Assembly: GCA_028281405.1 (NCBI GenBank)
Contig: JANQKA010000734.1
Coordinates: 1-59,028 of the forward strand
DNA length: 59,028 bases
Source: Hasllibacter sp.
GTDB taxonomy: Bacteria > Pseudomonadota > Alphaproteobacteria > Rhodobacterales > Rhodobacteraceae
Direction: 5' to 3'
Each line of letters begins with the position of its first letter. Positions within the stretch are counted from its first letter, which is position 1. Below the pieces are notes generated by a model. That model ran no database searches and was not told the DNA's origin. It saw nothing but the letters and a program-made list of their open reading frames with translations. Below are positions 43,909 to 52,786 of the stretch, piece after piece. The translations under genes and the position numbers were made by a program.

Positions 43909-43998
43909 GGAGAGGTGGCCGAGTGGTCGAAGGCGCACGCCTGGAAAGTGTGTAGGCGGGCAACCGTCTCGAGGGTTCGAATCCCTTCCTCTCCGCCA
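43909..43998 (+). tRNA. tRNA-Ser (anticodon GGA), class II with long variable arm, CCA encoded
   Basis: Acceptor GGAGAGG/CCTCTCC, anticodon stem CACGC/GTGTG with loop CTGGAAA, variable arm GTAGGCGGGCAACCGTCTC, T-arm GAGGG-TTCGAAT-CCCTT, discriminator G plus CCA. Confidence 0.93.
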
Positions 43999-45120
43999 GC
44001 ACATGGGAACCGCCGCGCCGCGGTGGACGCTCGTTGGAGTGATGCCCAACTCTCCGCACACCTTGTTCCCGGCACGGGTTTCCGGCGTCGGGCGCCAAAG
44101 GTCGGTACCGTGAGCGGTTCCGGGAAGTGGCCGGGCCAGGGCCCGATGACATCCGATTCCGCCGATCCGGTCCCGGAATTCGTGATTTCAGTGATTCCCG
44201 GACTCGCCGACCCCCGACTCAAGTTGCGAAATGGAGTGAACGCGAAGCGGGACGCGAACAGCGACCGCGTCCGGAAGATGACGCGGAAGCGCCCGCCCGC
44301 GAGAATGGCGGCGGCGGTCGGACGGCCGGGACGACCGGCGGTTCCCGGGGGTGCCGAACCGAACGCGAGCCGGCGTCCAGAGGCGGGATCTTCCCGGAAT
44401 TCCGGAAAGCCCCGCGACCTCCCGCGGCCCGCCGTGAATTCCCGGAATCCGCCTCGTCGGCGACCACCGGTCCTTCATGGCCGCGAATATCCCTTGCCGC
44501 TCCCGAATACCACGTCGCGTTCATTGACTTCGGAAATTTCCGACCGCGGCGCTCGATTGGTGTCCTCCGCCGATTCGAAGGCGGCGTTTCGCCGCCGGCG
44601 GAGGCGGAAGCCTGGCCGGCGGCGGCACGCGCGCCGCGCCATCTTCCCGACCGGGGCGGGGATTTCGCCCGTGACATTCGTCTCAATCCCGTGAATCCGG
44701 CAACTCCCGGGGCTTGTCCCTCCGTCGGGCCGATATCCAGACGGGGACGGTGGGGCGGCGCCCATGGCACGGCTTGAATTCCACGTCCGCGCTCTCCCCG
44801 CGCGGCGCATCGTGGCGGCCTGCGCGGGAATTCGCGTGGTCGGCGCGTTCGGGCCGCATGACCAGGGGGCCGGACCGGTCACGGCGATCATCCGCGGCCC
44901 GGGTTCCGCGCCGGGCATCCGGTTCACAACATGACCACCGGCATCCCTTGCGCGCCTGTCCACGCCGACCGGGTCGGGCGGCGGGGCGCCCGCTTCCCGG
45001 CTTTCTCCGCGTCGGCGGTCCAGGACCGCTTCCGGTCGCGACGATCCTCCGGCGCGCGGGCGAATCACTCCCGCGGGAGATTCACGCAATTTTCGCTCGT
45101 CCGCGCCCTCCGCATCGAAA

Positions 45121-45215
45121 TTCGCTGAATTAAAATCGGATGTAAGCGGATTTCTCTTGATTTTAAGGAATATAAAATTTGATTTATGGTTTAAATTTGA
45201 TACCATGTGTGTTCA
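45121..45215 (+). promoter_or_regulatory. strongly A+T-rich block upstream of the RTX gene (promoter/regulator-binding candidate)
   Basis: About 90 bp of ttaaaatcgga..ttgattttaaggaatataaaatttgatttatggtttaaatttgatacc in an otherwise G+C-rich context. AAATTTGAT direct repeat at 45175-45183 and 45193-45201. Possible TTGATT-N16-TACCAT promoter. Confidence 0.4.
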
Positions 45216-45290
45216 GAGTGATTCGCGGGAGGTCCGCCGGTGAGGATGTTCCGGCGCCCCGCGCGACAGCGAGTAACGATGGAGTACGAG

Positions 45291-48200
45291 ATGCGTGACG
45301 ATTTTCTTCCCTTCCCCATCCGGGGTTCCAAGGTTGGCGGCGCCTTCGGGCGCGTTCCCTCCGGCATGATCGCCGGATCCGCGGCGGCCCTCGGGGCGCT
45401 CGCCGGATGCGGCGGCGATGACGTCGGCGGAGGCGCCGTCGGAGTCGGAGTTCTCAACGAAACGGGCGACATGCTCTTGGGAGGCGACGGGAACGACAGG
45501 ATCACCAACCGCGGGGAAGTCGGCGCCATCGAAGCGGGCGGCGGGGACGACACGATCTTCGGCGCCGCGGTCGCCGAAGCGATCAGGGCCGGCGCGGGCA
45601 ACGACGTGATCGACGGGGGCGCGGGCGACGACACGATCGACGGCGGCGTGGGCGACGACATGATCATCGGCGGCGTGGGCGACGACAGGATGAACGGCGG
45701 GGAGGGCGGCGCGGATTCCGGAGGTTTCGACACCGCGGTCTACGAGGACGCGTGGACGGGGTACCGCCTCGGCGGCGAACGGGCCTCCGGAGAGTGGGCG
45801 GTGTTCACGGTCCTGGACATGGACGCCGGAGACGGAATGGTGGACGAGGGCGAGGACGAATTGACCGGTTTCGAGGCGATCCGGTTCGGACGGGTCACCC
45901 TCGAGGTCGTGGAAACCGGCACCGACGCCGGCGATATCCTCATCGGTTCCGAGCGGGCGGCCGACGGGTCGGCGGAAGCCGCCTTCGACGGCGGCGCGGG
46001 CGACGACATGATATTCGGCTTCGGCGGCGGGGACACGATCGCGGGAGGGGAAGGCGGCGACGTCATCGCCGGCGGCGCGGGAGACGACACGCTTTATGGC
46101 CACTCCGCGGAAAGCAACGGCGGGGAGGCGGAGGGCGTCATCGACACGGCGGCCTTCGGAGGCGCCCCGTCCGGCTTTCGGATCACGGCGGAACTGGGCG
46201 ATTTCGGCCACCGGGGGATGATAAGCGACGTAGTCCAACTCACCGTGATGGATATCGACACGGAGGGGGACGCGGTCGACGAGGGCACGGATACCCTGAT
46301 CGGCTTCGAGGCCCTTCGGTTCGACGAAGCGTCGTCGTCGACGACGCTATTGGTTACCCGGACCGCCTCGGACGACGGGGAGGTCCTGCTTGGGACGGAA
46401 GGCCCGGACGGGACACTTGACGGCATGGGGGGCGACGACCTGTTGTTCGGGTTCGAAGGCGACGACACGATCTTGGGCGGCGCGGGAAGCGACATCATCT
46501 CCGGCGGGGCCGGCGCGGACACGGTCACCGGCGGCCCGGGCGACGACAGACTCTTCGGCCACGCGGAGGACGGCGACGGCGACGGAGCGGGCGTCGTGGA
46601 CACGGCCGTTTATGTGGACGCGCGCGCCGGATATCTCATTTCCGCCGTTCCGGCCGGCGCCAACGGGGCGGTTCTCGCCGTCCGGGACGCCGACACCACC
46701 GCCGGGGACGAAGGCGTGGACACCCTGACGGGCTTCGAGGCGCTCCGCTTCGGTGACGGGACATTCCGGGTGGCCGGATCGGGTTCCAACGGCGGAGATA
46801 TCCTCCTGGGCACGGATGGAAACGACTCGGCGGAAACCACCCTCCACGGCATGGACGGCCGCGACACGATTTTCGGATTCGCGGGGGATGACATCATCAG
46901 CGGCGGCGATGGAGACGACATCCTCGACGGTGGGGCGGGCGACGACATCCTCGACGGAGGGGATCACGACACCGCGGACACGGCGGTTTATCATGGACGA
47001 TACAACGGCGGCATAGGATCCGATTACGTTTTCCAGACAATAAGGATCCACGAGAACGGGGTCGCCGTGGACTTGCTGACCGTGACGGACATCGGCGCGG
47101 ACGGCCGCTCCGGGGACGGGGTCGACGAGGGGCGGGACATTCTGCGCGGCGTCGAATTTCTGAATTTCGCCGACCAGAGGGGCGTCGCCACGTCCACCGT
47201 GTCGACGACGCTGGCCGACATCGTCGGGGATGGATTGGACAACACGCTCGAGGGCGACATCGAGGACCAAAGGATTTCGGGAGGAGGAGGCGCCGACCGA
47301 ATCTTCGGCGGAGGCGGAAACGACAGGGTGGACGGCGGCGCGGACGACGACACGTTCGTGTTCGTCGGCGAAAGACAGTTCCACACGGTCACGCTCGCTT
47401 CGGATGGCGCGGGGGCGGATTCGATAGTCGTGAGCGACGGAATCGGAGGCGCGGCGGTCATGAGGAACATCGAATCGGTCGAGTTCGCCGACGCGACGCT
47501 GGAGGTGTCGGGCACGGGAGATGGTTCGGACGCCAACGACATCGTGTTCGGCGCGGTGGAGAACGACACGGTTTCGGGAGGCCTTGGCGGCGACGTGATT
47601 TTCGGCTTTCACGGAGTGGACGCCATCGAAGGCGGGGAGGGCGACGACGTGATCGATGGCGGCGCCGGAAACGACACCGCGGTTTACGCGGGCGCCATCC
47701 GCGACTTCCAAATCACCCGGGAAAACGTTGCGCTCGTGGTGCGGGACGCGAGGGCCGCCGATGGGGTGGACGAGGGACGCGACACCTTGACGAATGTGGA
47801 AATCCTCCGGTTTGGAAACGTGGAAGTGGCGGTGTCGGACATCCACTTCGCGACGGGGAACTCCGGACAGGTGGTCGGCCACGCCACCCGGAGCGGCGTT
47901 TTCCATGGCGAGGGCGGCGGCTATACATTCGTGAGCTTCGGGGCAAGCGACCGATTCCAATTTCTCACCGGGATGGACAGCACGTCTTCGAGCAAAACCA
48001 CGATCCTGGGGTTCGACGGGAGCGGTGGGGACAGAATCGCGTTGGCGGATATCGACGCCCTGCGCGGCCTCGGCGCGGAAATGATGACGGATGACGAGGG
48101 GACGTTCACCCGGCTCGGTCACGACGAGTCGGATTTCGAATTGGATATCCGCGGCCATCACGCCGACATCCTCGATCACATAAACTACATCGGCGGCAAG

Positions 48201-51200
48201 ACCATCGGAGTGACGGGCGCGTTTCAGGACACCTTGCCGCTGACGAACGGTTCCGGACGTGGCCTCCCGGACTTGACGTCGTGGTTCGACCACGCCGAAC
48301 AGGGCGAAACGCTGTCCTTTGGCGCGACGGTGGACGGAACGGACCTGAACGCCGCCGGGATCGGACTGACTTTGTCGGCGGACGGCGTGCTCACGGGTGT
48401 TTATTCGGGTACTTCCAACGCCAAGGTCCGGGTGACCGTCACGCAGGTGAATGGTGAACGCGCGAATGCGGAATTCACCATCGCGGCTCTGACGGGCGAC
48501 CTCGACGGCACCGCGGACGGCGAGACCCTCGTGGACTCCACGACGCTCGGGAGGGTCGTCAACGGGTTGGGTGGCGACGACGTGATCCATGGCGGGGAGG
48601 GTGATGACGCTCTCCATGGCGGAAGCGCCACGGTCGGCGTCGCGATCGGAACGGACAACGACATCGCCGTCTATGACGGCGCGCTCGACGGCTACCGAGT
48701 TTGGGCGGAATGGGTCACCATTGGTGGCGTTGAAACCCCTCGGTTCACCGTGCGCGACATACGTGGCGAGGGCGCGGATGACGAAGGCGAAGACACGGCG
48801 GTCGGCTTCGAGGTGTTCCGGTTCGGCGATGGCGACAGAAGGGTGGTCAACGCCGACAATGCCACCGAGGCCAACGATATCGTCTTCGGCACGGACGCGG
48901 GCGGGACCGTTGACGGAAATGGGGGAGCCGACCTGATCTTCGGTTTCGGAGGCGTGGACATCCTGAACGGTGGCGCCGGCGGGGACATGATGATGGGGGG
49001 CGGAGGAGGCGACACCCTGGACGGAGGCGCCGGCAGGGATATCGCGGTGTACCGCGGTGCGCGGATTGATTACACGGTCACGGAACTCCGGTTGGCCGAC
49101 GGCGGCATCAGGCACGAGGTTCGGGACGACAACCCGGTTGGACGCGAAGGTGACGGCACCGATATTTTGATGAATGTCGAGGCGTTGCGGTTCCTTGGCG
49201 ACGACCCCGCCTCCTCGGGCGGGGACACGGTGGACATTTCCCCGGAATGGGTGATCGAGATCAGGGGATCTTCCGGTCCCGACGTCATTGAAGTCGGCGA
49301 CGGTCCACAGACCATCGCCGGAGGCGGGGGGGCGGACACGATCAGCGGGGGGCCCGGAGCGGACACGATCGCGGGAGGCGAGGGCGACGACGTGATCCAT
49401 GGTCATCGCGCGGATGATCATGTCGAGACGGCAAATGAAATCGACACCGCCGTGTTCGCGGGTTCCGCGGCAAGTTACAGCGTCACCGCCGTGATCGGAA
49501 ACTCCCCTCCCGGGATGAACGGGATCGTGACTTTCACGGTCCGGGATATCGACGCGGATGGCAACGGCGGCGACGACGGAATGGACACCGTGGACGGATT
49601 CGAGGCGTTCCGGTTTGGAAGCGATACGTTCGCGGTGGTGCGGGCGGACAGGGCCGGCGGCAACGGCGTGAATGAGATCGTCATCGGGTCGATGGGGGCG
49701 GACGTGGGGGGAACGGCGATCGACGGCGGCTTGGGTGACGACCTTATCTTCGGGTTCGGCGGGGGAGACGCGATCGACGGCGGCGAAGGCGAAGACACGA
49801 TCATGGGCGGCGATGGAGACGACGTCATCGAGGGAGGAATCGGAGGATTGGACACCGCCGTGTTCCGAGGCGACCGGGACGAATACAAGATCACGGCGGT
49901 TCTGCGGACCAACGGGGAATCCACCCAATACAGGGTTGATGATGAAATGCCAAATGAGCATGAAGACGATGGCGAGGACATTTTGACAGGAATCGAGAAT
50001 CTTCGGTTCATCGGGGACGCCCTCCTGACACCGACCGTAGTGGCCGCGGCGTTGGACTCGGCGAATGTCATTTTGGGGAGTTCCGGACGGGATGACATCA
50101 CAGGCGGCGATGAAGATCAGGAAATCGAGGGCGGTGCGGACAATGACACGATCGCCGGTGGCGGAGGCAACGACACGATCACGGGAGGTGATGGAGACGA
50201 CGTGATCGAGGGCGGACACGGGGCGATGGACACCGCGGTGTTCCGAGGCGAACGGAGGGACTACGAGATCACGGCGAACCTGCGTCCCAATGGCGGCGCC
50301 ACCCAATACACGGTCGATGATGAGATGCCAATTGAGCACGGCGACGATGGCGAGGACACCTTGACCGGCATCGAGATTCTCCGGTTCATTGGGACGTCCC
50401 CCGGACGGCCGGACGATTTGATGGTTGACATTTCCATGGCTGATGTCATCAATGGATCATCTGATGGGGAAACCATCAACGGCGGCAATGGTTCTCAGGA
50501 GATCACCGGCGGCGGAGGGAGGGATATCATCGACGGTGGCCTCGGGGCGGATGTCGCGGTGTTCGCCGGACCTTTGTCCGGTTATAAAGTCTACACTTCT
50601 GAAATCTTTTCGGATTACTCTGGAATAACAGTGGAAGACACGTCTCCGAGCAGTTATGGATCCGATGGGATCGATATTCTGAACGGCATTGAGAAAATCC
50701 GATTCGGATCGGAAACGAACGCGCCGAAAACATTCACGGTTGGAAAAAATTCCGCGTCGATGAATGAACATGAATTACTCTTGGGCATCGATGGAAATCA
50801 GACCATGCAAGGCTTGGGAGGTGACGACATCATATTCGGATTCGGTGGTCGGGACGAGATTTTCGGTGGCACGGGAAACGATTTATTGTATGGTGGAGCG
50901 GGGAACGATAAAATCTATGGGAACGCCGGAAACGATATAATTCATGGCGGGACGGGAACGGACACCATTTATCCGGGTGGCGGAACAGACCTCATCACGG
51001 TTGATACCACATCGGGGAGTCTCGATAATATTATATTTGTAAATTCCATTGAGAGATTCTCCTTTTACAGGGATGGCAGGGATAAAATCGGAATTGAAGA
51101 CCTAGCGTCCTCTGGATCCGTGAATCATGAGGGGCGAAACACGATTGAGGCCAAATTTTTTCCCGCGACATCGAAATCGGCCTTGGCATTTTTGAACTTT

Positions 51201-51899
51201 GGCGGGTCCCCGAGTTATTCGACCAAAAATATTCACCATGAAACGACCCTCTCCGGGAATCGAACATATTCAAATCAAAGCGATATCATCAGAATCGATT
51301 CTTACAGTGGTAGTCTCAGCATCAATACGGGCTTGGGCCTCGATACAATTTTGCTCGCGTCCAAGGCACAGAGTGGAACGCAGCAATTCGGCCGTCCTGG
51401 GACACTCAGTCTTCCCGACTTTGAGCGGGGTGATGATAAAATAGCGTTTGACCCCGATTGGGGGACGGTGTCTTCCAGCTCCGGCGGTTCCGGTGTGAAT
51501 TATTCACGGCTGAATGGAGGTGTGTACTTCACCAAACAGAACGAATTTACGATATTTATTCCGGGTGTTCCGGATCAATACCCCATTGGGGACTTGTACT
51601 ATGTGATCGGGGAAACCTCCGCGCCATCGGGTTTCCTTCGCCCGGATAGAAAAAAGGAAGTCGTGGCGTCGGGTATCGATGAGGATGGAATTGGAGGGAA
51701 TGTGGGTGACGGCTCCTTTGTGGAATCAAAAGTTGTGAATTTTCATGCGGACGGCGACTGGGATGACATGTCCGGAAATTTTGATATTGGTTCATCTCCG
51801 GCGATGGACGATTTCGCCCCGAAGGAATTCGAAGCGCGGATTGACGGTGGAGGTGTTTTCTCTGTTTGCGAGGATTATCTTTGTATCACGATGATTTGA
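45291..51899 (+). CDS. giant RTX-type calcium-binding repeat protein (~2,200 aa) with N-terminal lipobox
   Basis: Many GGxGxD nonapeptide runs, e.g. GGAGDDTIDGGVGDDMIIGGVGDDRMNGG. They alternate with about 12 copies of a DTAV[YF]..Y.[IV]...V.D....DEG.D.L.G.E.LRF module. ATG 45291 has GGAG 6 nt upstream; GTG 45240 and ATG 45279 are alternatives. A..LGALAGC lipobox, with the Cys codon at 45408-45410. Confidence 0.85.
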   Translation: MRDDFLPFPIRGSKVGGAFGRVPSGMIAGSAAALGALAGCGGDDVGGGAVGVGVLNETGDMLLGGDGNDRITNRGEVGAIEAGGGDDTIFGAAVAEAIRAGAGNDVIDGGAGDDTIDGGVGDDMIIGGVGDDRMNGGEGGADSGGFDTAVYEDAWTGYRLGGERASGEWAVFTVLDMDAGDGMVDEGEDELTGFEAIRFGRVTLEVVETGTDAGDILIGSERAADGSAEAAFDGGAGDDMIFGFGGGDTIAGGEGGDVIAGGAGDDTLYGHSAESNGGEAEGVIDTAAFGGAPSGFRITAELGDFGHRGMISDVVQLTVMDIDTEGDAVDEGTDTLIGFEALRFDEASSSTTLLVTRTASDDGEVLLGTEGPDGTLDGMGGDDLLFGFEGDDTILGGAGSDIISGGAGADTVTGGPGDDRLFGHAEDGDGDGAGVVDTAVYVDARAGYLISAVPAGANGAVLAVRDADTTAGDEGVDTLTGFEALRFGDGTFRVAGSGSNGGDILLGTDGNDSAETTLHGMDGRDTIFGFAGDDIISGGDGDDILDGGAGDDILDGGDHDTADTAVYHGRYNGGIGSDYVFQTIRIHENGVAVDLLTVTDIGADGRSGDGVDEGRDILRGVEFLNFADQRGVATSTVSTTLADIVGDGLDNTLEGDIEDQRISGGGGADRIFGGGGNDRVDGGADDDTFVFVGERQFHTVTLASDGAGADSIVVSDGIGGAAVMRNIESVEFADATLEVSGTGDGSDANDIVFGAVENDTVSGGLGGDVIFGFHGVDAIEGGEGDDVIDGGAGNDTAVYAGAIRDFQITRENVALVVRDARAADGVDEGRDTLTNVEILRFGNVEVAVSDIHFATGNSGQVVGHATRSGVFHGEGGGYTFVSFGASDRFQFLTGMDSTSSSKTTILGFDGSGGDRIALADIDALRGLGAEMMTDDEGTFTRLGHDESDFELDIRGHHADILDHINYIGGKTIGVTGAFQDTLPLTNGSGRGLPDLTSWFDHAEQGETLSFGATVDGTDLNAAGIGLTLSADGVLTGVYSGTSNAKVRVTVTQVNGERANAEFTIAALTGDLDGTADGETLVDSTTLGRVVNGLGGDDVIHGGEGDDALHGGSATVGVAIGTDNDIAVYDGALDGYRVWAEWVTIGGVETPRFTVRDIRGEGADDEGEDTAVGFEVFRFGDGDRRVVNADNATEANDIVFGTDAGGTVDGNGGADLIFGFGGVDILNGGAGGDMMMGGGGGDTLDGGAGRDIAVYRGARIDYTVTELRLADGGIRHEVRDDNPVGREGDGTDILMNVEALRFLGDDPASSGGDTVDISPEWVIEIRGSSGPDVIEVGDGPQTIAGGGGADTISGGPGADTIAGGEGDDVIHGHRADDHVETANEIDTAVFAGSAASYSVTAVIGNSPPGMNGIVTFTVRDIDADGNGGDDGMDTVDGFEAFRFGSDTFAVVRADRAGGNGVNEIVIGSMGADVGGTAIDGGLGDDLIFGFGGGDAIDGGEGEDTIMGGDGDDVIEGGIGGLDTAVFRGDRDEYKITAVLRTNGESTQYRVDDEMPNEHEDDGEDILTGIENLRFIGDALLTPTVVAAALDSANVILGSSGRDDITGGDEDQEIEGGADNDTIAGGGGNDTITGGDGDDVIEGGHGAMDTAVFRGERRDYEITANLRPNGGATQYTVDDEMPIEHGDDGEDTLTGIEILRFIGTSPGRPDDLMVDISMADVINGSSDGETINGGNGSQEITGGGGRDIIDGGLGADVAVFAGPLSGYKVYTSEIFSDYSGITVEDTSPSSYGSDGIDILNGIEKIRFGSETNAPKTFTVGKNSASMNEHELLLGIDGNQTMQGLGGDDIIFGFGGRDEIFGGTGNDLLYGGAGNDKIYGNAGNDIIHGGTGTDTIYPGGGTDLITVDTTSGSLDNIIFVNSIERFSFYRDGRDKIGIEDLASSGSVNHEGRNTIEAKFFPATSKSALAFLNFGGSPSYSTKNIHHETTLSGNRTYSNQSDIIRIDSYSGSLSINTGLGLDTILLASKAQSGTQQFGRPGTLSLPDFERGDDKIAFDPDWGTVSSSSGGSGVNYSRLNGGVYFTKQNEFTIFIPGVPDQYPIGDLYYVIGETSAPSGFLRPDRKKEVVASGIDEDGIGGNVGDGSFVESKVVNFHADGDWDDMSGNFDIGSSPAMDDFAPKEFEARIDGGGVFSVCEDYLCITMI
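49821..50398 (+). repeat. 378-bp-period tandem duplication inside the RTX gene
   Basis: DVIEGG.G..DTAVFRG.R.[ED]Y.ITA.LR.NG..TQY.VDDEMP.EH.DDGED.LTGIE.LRFIG occurs twice. The DNA copies start at 49821 and 50199 and look largely identical by eye (not counted). Confidence 0.85.
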
Positions 51900-52786
51900 T
51901 TGCGGCAAACGCGTGTGCCCGATTCGCTCATTTCTCCGCACCGGAATTTCCATTTCCGGTCTCGCCACAACCGGCTTCATCCGGCATGCATGTTCCGCCG
52001 ATGTCACATTCCTCGCCGGGAAGCCGGAGATCCAACTTCGCCGGTGTCGGTGGGTGATCATGTCACGGGTTGCGTTCATTCGGACCTCAGAATTTGCTGG
52101 TTGAATTGGATGTCGGCGCGTCCGTTATTCATCAGAATCACGATTTCCGGGCCCGGACCCGCGATTGGAATGTCAAAGAGCCAAGGTTCAGTTGGGAACA
52201 GGGTGAGCCACATGACCCGGCGAGATTTGCTCTTCGGTCGCCACTTATTCCGCGGAGGTTGATGGCCCGGTGTCTCCCGGGCTTTTCGCATCCCCCGCGC
52301 CTTTGTCGGTGGGATGAAATCCGTTGGTGAATGTCTCCCGCGTCCATTTGGCCGCGAACTGCTGATTCGGCTCGGTCGAATCGCGCTTCGCGCGATGCCC
52401 ATCGTCCACCTGGCCGAGGGGCGGGGACCGGGAGATTGTGGGGCGGCGAACCTCTCGGACGGAAGCAACGGATATCCCGGTCTATCTCGGCGAGGCGAAG
52501 GCGGATTGGCCGGTTGGACTGGAAACCAAGATTTTCAGCGGGCACGGGGGCCGATCGCCGACTCCACGCTCCCAACCCGCCCTGACGGCGAATTCCCGCG
52601 GGAGTGGGGCTGTTTTGACGCCGCGCCCGGCGGACCGGACGGCGATTTCCCATGGACGCGGGTGCGGGGCCTGTCGCGGCGGCGCGCTCCCCTTCCTCCC
52701 TGGCCGCCGCCAAACCCGGCGAAAGCGGTCGTTGAACATCCGACCCCGCCGTGCCATAGGAACACCGAAACCGCCAAGGAACGTCC

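Noticed and set aside
43999-44030. GC-rich quasi-palindrome CCGCCGCGCCGCGGTGG just after tRNA-Ser, considered as a terminator
   Set aside because: The loop would be too small for a stable hairpin, there is one mismatch, and no T-tract follows.
42896-45290. Integrase, IS element or att repeat next to tRNA-Ser
   Set aside because: I read all six frames in the track and found no integrase or transposase-like translation. No repeat of the tRNA 3' half was evident by eye.
52076-52215. Protein-like tail (MWLTLFPTEPWLFDIPIAGPGPEIVILMNNGRADIQFNQQILRSE) of minus-strand ORF 52076-52468, convergent with the RTX gene; considered as an immunity gene or gene remnant
   Set aside because: Only about 45 aa look protein-like, and the upstream part of the ORF is shadow-type. 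There is no Shine-Dalgarno and no recognisable family. It may be a pseudogene remnant, but I cannot support a call.
45291-52786. Type I secretion genes (ABC transporter, MFP) expected beside an RTX gene
   Set aside because: None is present. The flanks are non-coding DNA, tRNA-Ser and trkA. Absence within the window does not exclude a T1SS elsewhere in the genome.
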